Both the position numbers and the translations under genes were made by a program. A stretch of DNA of 64,000 nt. Origin: an uncultured delta proteobacterium. GTDB lineage: Bacteria > Desulfobacterota > Desulfobacteria > Desulfobacterales > SG8-13. Position 1 is the first letter of the stretch. The number at the start of each line of letters is the position of its first letter. The stretch covers positions 76,938-140,937 of the forward strand of contig CAWKCK010000018.1 of the NCBI GenBank assembly GCA_963848135.1. Direction: 5' to 3'. Shown one piece after another: positions 61,143 to 64,000 of the stretch. The notes beneath the pieces were generated by a model, which ran no database searches, was not told the DNA's origin, and saw only the letters and a list, made by a program, of their open reading frames with translations.

Positions 61143-62162
61143 TCAATTGATGATCTTGATGTGTGATCGATCTCTTAAGGTCTGAAGCCAGGATTGGTAT
61201 TTCTGATCGACGATCTGGTTGAAAAGTTTGTCTTCAATCTCAGAGAAGGCTTCTGCCAACGATTTGCCGGCCGTCTCATTGACCTCTTCCACAAGTACGA
61301 TCTGGTATCCAAACGGTTCCTCAAGCACAGGAGTAAATTCCCCCGCGTTCATTTTCTCAATGGCGGTCCGCAGGGAAGGTGAAAGATCTTCCTGCTTAAA
61401 TTCACCCAAGTCGCCGCCATCTATATTTTGACCCCATTCGGTTTCATTATCGGTCAAAGCGTTAAAGGGCTGTCCCGCCCTCAACTCCGCCAGGATCGTT
61501 TCCATAGCATTCCGGGCACTTTGTCTCTCAGCATCGGTTGCCATGGGAGATACACGGATAAAAATGTTGCGCAGGTGATATTTTTTCTCACCGGCATACT
61601 CCGCGATGTGTTGGTCGTAATATTCTTTGATATCCTGTTCGGTTATCACAATCTTCGACCGAACTTCCCGGTTCACCAACCTGGCCCGCAATAGTTGTTT
61701 TTTCGTTTGTTCACGGTACTCTTCATAGCTTATGCCTTCACTGGACAGAGCCTTGCGCAGTTCTTCATCAGTGATTCGGCGCGATTCTTTCAGGCGTTCG
61801 ATTGTACTGTCGACTTCCTTTTCGCTAACCGATATGTCCTTCTCCTTCAGTTCCTGGTCTGCCAGCTTTTGGTTAATCAGTTCGCTTAACACTTGCGCTC
61901 TAACTTCAAACAGAACCTGTTGTTCGACATCCGCAGGGTACTGAGACGCTTTTACTTTCTGGATGTAGGGGGCAATTGTTTGATCCAATTCATACAGCGA
62001 AATGACTTCATTGTTCACAACTGCAACGATTCTATCAACAACCTCTGCAGCAGCAGCCTTCGGTATTACACTACCTGAGAAATAAAAAAGTGCGAGCATC
62101 AAAACCAACGGACCCTTAAGCCGGAATATATGTTTATGCAATTTCAATAGCCGTAGTAACAT
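61143..62162 (-). CDS. SurA-like peptidyl-prolyl isomerase/chaperone
   Basis: VDRIVAVVNNEVI, GGDLG, parvulin domain. Confidence 0.88.
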   Translation of the reverse strand: MLLRLLKLHKHIFRLKGPLVLMLALFYFSGSVIPKAAAAEVVDRIVAVVNNEVISLYELDQTIAPYIQKVKASQYPADVEQQVLFEVRAQVLSELINQKLADQELKEKDISVSEKEVDSTIERLKESRRITDEELRKALSSEGISYEEYREQTKKQLLRARLVNREVRSKIVITEQDIKEYYDQHIAEYAGEKKYHLRNIFIRVSPMATDAERQSARNAMETILAELRAGQPFNALTDNETEWGQNIDGGDLGEFKQEDLSPSLRTAIEKMNAGEFTPVLEEPFGYQIVLVEEVNETAGKSLAEAFSEIEDKLFNQIVDQKYQSWLQTLRDRSHIKIIN

Positions 62163-62278
62163 TTTTATTTTGCGCTTAAACTAAAAACCAGAAGTGCCGA
62201 ACAACCGCCGGTTGTCAATTCGAACCTTAGATGCAATCGTGATAAGGGAATCTTGAATTCGTTAACGTTAAAGCGTTT

Positions 62279-62977
62279 TCAATCGTTCGCTGCGTTCAGT
62301 AGTTTATCCCACTGTTCGTTGTTAATGTCGACATTGTAGGTTGTGCGTAGTTTTTCTATCCATGCCTTGTAAGCAAGTTCTATCTTTTTTCTGCGCAACT
62401 GTTTGATAATGATTTCTTCGATATCTGTCGAATTCTGCATTTCGTTAAGCTGATTGGGATCATTATCATAAGTTTCCCTGTAAAAAGTGGCCACCTCATC
62501 GGCGGTGATAACAATTTCATCCTTCAATTCCTGTTCGACGAGTTTCTCCATAAGCAGGCGGGTTTTCAAGCCATTTTCCCAGGATTTGTAGGAGACCGCG
62601 TATTCCAGTAACGTTTCTTCGAAAACATCGTCCGGATAATCCGATTTAATCTTCGCAACGGCCTGTTCCACTTCCGCATCCGAAACACTGACGTTCAATT
62701 CACTGGCACGTTGAAGCAGGATCATTTCTTCCGTCATCTGATTCAACAATCTTAATTGCGTATCTTTGATATCCGCCGATGTCTGCATACTGCTGAGCGG
62801 ATAAGCGGCTTTGGATATTTCAAACGCCCTGCTAAAATCTGCAACGGTAACCACACGATCCCCTATCCGAATCAGATACTCATCTCCAGCACCGTTATTA
62901 TGCCCTGAACAACCAGTGAGGTAGAGCAAAGAAACAACCATGACCAGGTTGAATGTATGTCTGATGAGATCTTTCAT
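62279..62977 (-). CDS. SurA N-terminal domain lipoprotein
   Basis: Lipobox LTGC, SurA_N-like helices. Confidence 0.78.
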   Translation of the reverse strand: MKDLIRHTFNLVMVVSLLYLTGCSGHNNGAGDEYLIRIGDRVVTVADFSRAFEISKAAYPLSSMQTSADIKDTQLRLLNQMTEEMILLQRASELNVSVSDAEVEQAVAKIKSDYPDDVFEETLLEYAVSYKSWENGLKTRLLMEKLVEQELKDEIVITADEVATFYRETYDNDPNQLNEMQNSTDIEEIIIKQLRRKKIELAYKAWIEKLRTTYNVDINNEQWDKLLNAAND

Positions 62978-63110
62978 ATTTGTTGGCGAATAAATACGCG
63001 AAAATAGATCTGCCTACTCCAGGATTACAGGCAATCAGTTCCTGTCCGGGTCAGCCGAAGTTGGTTTATCATTCCGAAAACTTACTGATATAACTCTGAT
63101 TTATAAACCA

Positions 63111-64000
63111 TTAACTGTTAACATGACGCGCAATTTCTTTCAAGATGTTTTTGGTCTGACTCAGCAGGCCCGGCGCCTGCCCGACCTTTAACTGGGTTTT
63201 CAAAGCGTGATCAACAGTCAGGTGATATTTCTTGGGTTGTGCCATAACGAGATCGGCCAGACCCCGGGGGTTTTTCAGGTGGGCTTCTGAAAACGATATC
63301 GTTAGGTTGGCCCCCGTTAAATCGAGTCGTTTCGCACCGGCTCGGATAGCAAAAACTCTCAGCATGATTTTCAGCAACAAATTCACCGCTTCTTCGGGTA
63401 ATTTACCGTATCGGTCGGCCAGTTCTGATTTGATGTCCGTTATTTCCCCGACGTCTGTCAGGCGCGAAAGACGCCTGTAAGCAGACAAGCGTTGATCGAT
63501 GTCCGGAATGAAAGACTCCGGGATGAATGCCGACAACGGGATATTAATTTCCGGCTCCAGCGCTTCGATCACCGGCTCACCCTTGAATTCGGCAATTGTA
63601 TTTTCCATGAGTTCCAAGAACATTTCATAGCCGACTGCTGCTATGTGGCCGGATTGTGACGCACCGAGTATCGTACCGCCGCCGCGGATTTGCAAATCGC
63701 TCATGGCAATTTGGAAGCCTGAACCCAAATCACTGTGCTCCATTAACACCTTTAAGCGTTTCTGAGCGTCTTTTCCCAGCAATGATTCGTTGGGAATAAA
63801 AAGGTACGCATAAGCCTGCTCATCAGAACGGCCGACTCTTCCTCTCAATTGGTACATTTGAGCCAGACCGAACTTATCGGCCCGATTGACAAGAATGGTA
63901 TTCGCAGAAGGGATATCGAGGCCGGACTCCACAATTGTCGTGCACACCAGCATATCGGTTTCCCGTTGAAAAAAACGGAGCATGGTCCGTTCCAAGTCGT
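63111..64000 (-). CDS. mfd: Transcription-repair coupling factor, C-terminal part (truncated by window edge)
   Basis: CTTIVESGLDIP, QLRGRVGRS, DLQIRGGG, TRCF domain. Confidence 0.96.
   Translation of the reverse strand, partial: DLERTMLRFFQRETDMLVCTTIVESGLDIPSANTILVNRADKFGLAQMYQLRGRVGRSDEQAYAYLFIPNESLLGKDAQKRLKVLMEHSDLGSGFQIAMSDLQIRGGGTILGASQSGHIAAVGYEMFLELMENTIAEFKGEPVIEALEPEINIPLSAFIPESFIPDIDQRLSAYRRLSRLTDVGEITDIKSELADRYGKLPEEAVNLLLKIMLRVFAIRAGAKRLDLTGANLTISFSEAHLKNPRGLADLVMAQPKKYHLTVDHALKTQLKVGQAPGLLSQTKNILKEIARHVNS

Overview
Chromosomal window, most likely from an anaerobic Desulfobacterales-like deltaproteobacterium (inferred from the siroheme-dependent ahbC-hemB-ahbD haem pathway, Orange-protein-like NifB/NifX and Fe-S ATPase cluster, and the mfd-surA-rodZ-mgtE-recO-glyQS-ligA gene order). 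About 29.7-64 kb is core genome. About 1-29.7 kb is a patchy accessory region containing: two IS1380 remnants flanking a HAD-phosphatase/HerA-like ATPase fusion gene; a ~7 kb segment bounded by 31-bp imperfect direct repeats that carries a metal/corrinoid cofactor cluster (NifU-like, two Fe-S ATPases, three NifB/NifX, a broken DUF134 regulator, a NifX::RACo fusion scar, CobO, FmdE) with a shared 20-bp palindrome (consensus TTATGAGCATATGCTCATAA) at its promoters; a candidate four-hairpin ncRNA; and a CDP-sugar cluster with three C-methyltransferase paralogs. Other signals: two MITE-like elements next to the HU gene (one with a second copy 45 kb away), frameshifts in ftsY and a PLP decarboxylase, and a barrel-sandwich-hybrid-like insert in an amino-acid ABC permease. 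No rRNA, intact tRNA or CRISPR array was seen. All calls are from motif recognition by eye; no database search was run.
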